Shown here one piece after another: positions 43,731 through 45,618 of a stretch of DNA of 45,618 bases. Position 1 is the stretch's first letter. Each line of letters begins with the position of its first letter. The notes under the pieces are model-generated. The model ran no database searches and was not told where the DNA came from. It saw only the letters and a program-made list of their open reading frames with translations. The position numbers and the translations under genes are program-made. Source of the stretch: Planctomycetota bacterium (GTDB lineage Bacteria > Planctomycetota > JACOTG01 > JAJDCM01); the NCBI GenBank assembly GCA_029260825.1, contig JAJDCM010000176.1:1-45618 (forward strand), written 5' to 3'.

Positions 43731-45618
43731 CTACCGGAGTGCTCGAATGACCTGGAACGGAATGGACAATGCGGCCATGGCTTCCGCGCTTCCGTCCTTC
43801 AAGAGTTTCTGGCGTGCTCTTCGAAGAGCCCTTGAAGCATCGGCCCCGTTCAGAACTTCTTCGTAGAACGGAAGAAGCACGCGAACAGCCAGGGCGTCCT
43901 CGACCCAGACCGGTGAGGCCAACACCGCTTTCGTCCCCGCATTCAAGAAACCCCACGCCAAAGAAATGACCCCCTCCGCTCGTTCACTTTGGCCGGCTCC
44001 ACCCTCACAGCTGGATAACACGACCAACTCGAAGGGAAGCGAGAGACCCTGAATTTCCCGGACATCGAGACGCCCGTCCTCTCCCTCCCCGGGTGCGAGT
44101 TCGAGAAGAGAATCGCCTCCCCGGGTCCGATCAACCTGGCTGTGACCGATGATATGCAGGAAGTCATAACCTTCTGATGAGGCCTTCTTGAAAAACGCCT
44201 CGCTTGCTGCGCTCCCGACACAAATCTTGCGATCCTGCGGATCAAACAACGAAGCGATCCTGTCAGCCTCCTTTCCTGAATCCAGGAGAGGAGGAAGCCC
44301 TTCTTGATCTCCGAAAGAAAACAGAAGTAGCTTCCTGCGGTCTTGCTTCCCCCGAAAGCCCGAGTCTTCCGGCATCAAAGAGCGCAAACACGGTGCATGG
44401 AAGATCTCAAAATCCCGGAACAGAAACGGAACTTCGCTGAGGGTCGTGCATGCCGGGCGGCCCGGCCATGGCAACAAGTCGAGAGGAAAGTCGTGGAGAA
44501 CCCCATCAGCCAGAAAGACGATTCTATTCGCCCGGGAAAGAAGATCTCCCACTTGCCCTAGAATCAGGCCGGATAGGCGGGAGGAGTGTCGCGAGTAGGC
44601 TCGAGCCCGAGGCACCTCGAGCAAAGTATGGCGAACAAATCCAACACTGCGGGATAGGTCTTCTTTTTCGGGGACGGGAAAAACGCGCACTTCGTCTCCC
44701 AGAGTAGCAATCCCAACTCGGGCCTCGAGATCGTAGGCCAGAAGAAGATCCGTGGGCCGAAGAACTCGCTTGATTGCTGAGAAAAAGACGGGGGGATCAA
44801 AAGGTGTATCGACGATTCGACCCGATCCATTTCCCGTATCACCCAGAGACTCCAGGAGGGCTCCCGCTCGTCCGAACTCAAGAAAAGCAAGAGCGGTTTC
44901 TGCATAACGCTTCTCTTTGGTTTCAAAATAAGCCTCCGCTGCAGTTCGAACGGCAAGCGAAGCGCTAATTCTTGCCTGGCGTCCATAACGCAGCTTCCCC
45001 TCAAGCGCCAGCTCTTCCATATTTGCCAGTATCTTCTTGCGCGCTCGAACAACTCTCACGAAATCATTCAACGCCGAATCATCATCCCCCATCCGTCTGT
45101 AGCATTCGGCCCGGCGAAGATACACCAGCTCCTGAGCATTCTCACTTCCATGGGAGACCGCGCGATCCACCAGTTGATTCAGCGTTTTCAGCCCTTCTTC
45201 CAGAGAAGATGAGAGGACGAGATCTCCGGCAAGAAGCATCCGCAAATCCCAATCATGTCGTTCCGGCAAACCGGAGGCCAGGCATTCTCGAATCCGCTGC
45301 TTCAACCCGGCAGGAAAAGACTCGCCAAGATCGAGGGCCAAACGACCCTCAACATTCAATCGGTGAACATTGAGGTGTTGGAACTCACTATTCCTCCTGT
45401 AGCCCGCGGTTTGCCACCAGCGATTGAGCTGTGTAGCTCCTTGGGCACATCGAGCTCTCGCCTCGGGGAAACGCCTCAACACTCGCAACTTTTCCGCCCA
45501 GTAGAAGGCAGTCTGAGCTGCTCGCCAGTGGAGGCCCGATTTCCTGGCCAGATCAAACGAACGAGACATCAACGTCAAGGCCTCATCGGAATGCCCAAGC
45601 GCCTCTTCGACGACCCCC
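43731..45618 (-). CDS. TPR-like/CHAT-domain protein, 5'-truncated by the window edge
   Basis: The C-terminal CHAT domain carries the His/Cys dyad (FLHIIGHSQV ... LVVLSSCEGG). The reading frame stays open from 45578 to the window end at 45618 (GVVEEALGHSDEALTL...), so the true start lies outside the window. Confidence 0.7.
   Translation of the reverse strand, partial: GVVEEALGHSDEALTLMSRSFDLARKSGLHWRAAQTAFYWAEKLRVLRRFPEARARCAQGATQLNRWWQTAGYRRNSEFQHLNVHRLNVEGRLALDLGESFPAGLKQRIRECLASGLPERHDWDLRMLLAGDLVLSSSLEEGLKTLNQLVDRAVSHGSENAQELVYLRRAECYRRMGDDDSALNDFVRVVRARKKILANMEELALEGKLRYGRQARISASLAVRTAAEAYFETKEKRYAETALAFLEFGRAGALLESLGDTGNGSGRIVDTPFDPPVFFSAIKRVLRPTDLLLAYDLEARVGIATLGDEVRVFPVPEKEDLSRSVGFVRHTLLEVPRARAYSRHSSRLSGLILGQVGDLLSRANRIVFLADGVLHDFPLDLLPWPGRPACTTLSEVPFLFRDFEIFHAPCLRSLMPEDSGFRGKQDRRKLLLFSFGDQEGLPPLLDSGKEADRIASLFDPQDRKICVGSAASEAFFKKASSEGYDFLHIIGHSQVDRTRGGDSLLELAPGEGEDGRLDVREIQGLSLPFELVVLSSCEGGAGQSERAEGVISLAWGFLNAGTKAVLASPVWVEDALAVRVLLPFYEEVLNGADASRALRRARQKLLKDGSAEAMAALSIPFQVIRALR

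Noticed and set aside
1-45618. Mobile element, CRISPR or rRNA content
   Set aside because: No transposase or integrase motifs, no direct-repeat/spacer arrays and no rRNA-like conserved stretches were seen. The only local compositional anomaly is the AT-richer pocket at about 16.3-16.7 kb, and again at 33.6-33.8 kb.

Overview
This is a 45.6 kb high-GC bacterial chromosomal segment. I found no rRNA, tRNA, CRISPR array, transposase or integrase in it. Gene content points to a Planctomycetota-like organism: many signal-peptide proteins, FG-GAP beta-propeller repeats, TPR/CHAT proteins, an ECF sigma/anti-sigma pair, a BlaI/BlaR1-like pair, and frequent ATGA/GTGA start-stop overlaps.

The first 'M' in the supplied ORF track is often a TTG or GTG codon, so I re-derived starts from the sequence.

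Content in order:
- A secreted protein with a C-terminal peptidase-S74 intramolecular-chaperone domain.
- A sugar isomerase plus FGGY pentulose kinase operon (minus strand).
- A translationally coupled four-gene operon (minus strand): fused ABC ATPase-permease, PDZ lipoprotein, and two FG-GAP proteins.
- A cyanophycin and arginine catabolic cluster: arginine deiminase, a DinB-family protein, isoaspartyl dipeptidase, cyanophycinase and a class-V PLP enzyme.
- An orphan Cys-rich secreted protein with an upstream palindrome and a downstream terminator.
- A cluster of a membrane LRR protein, an ECF sigma factor, a ZAS anti-sigma factor, a secreted TPR-CHAT protein and a secreted S8 peptidase with FG-GAP repeats.
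- A small acidic ORF, an aldehyde dehydrogenase and cytochrome bd oxidase cydAB.
- An NfeD-flotillin pair (minus strand).
- A BlaI/BlaR1(M56) pair directly upstream of a full-length cyanophycin synthetase cphA.
- A translationally coupled, truncated cphA paralog that keeps only the N-domain and the Mur-ligase-like domain and has no ATP-grasp domain. This is the most unusual feature in the window.
- A secreted prenyltransferase/terpene-cyclase-like protein with a discoidin domain, a membrane protein, and a second TPR-CHAT protein that runs off the window edge.
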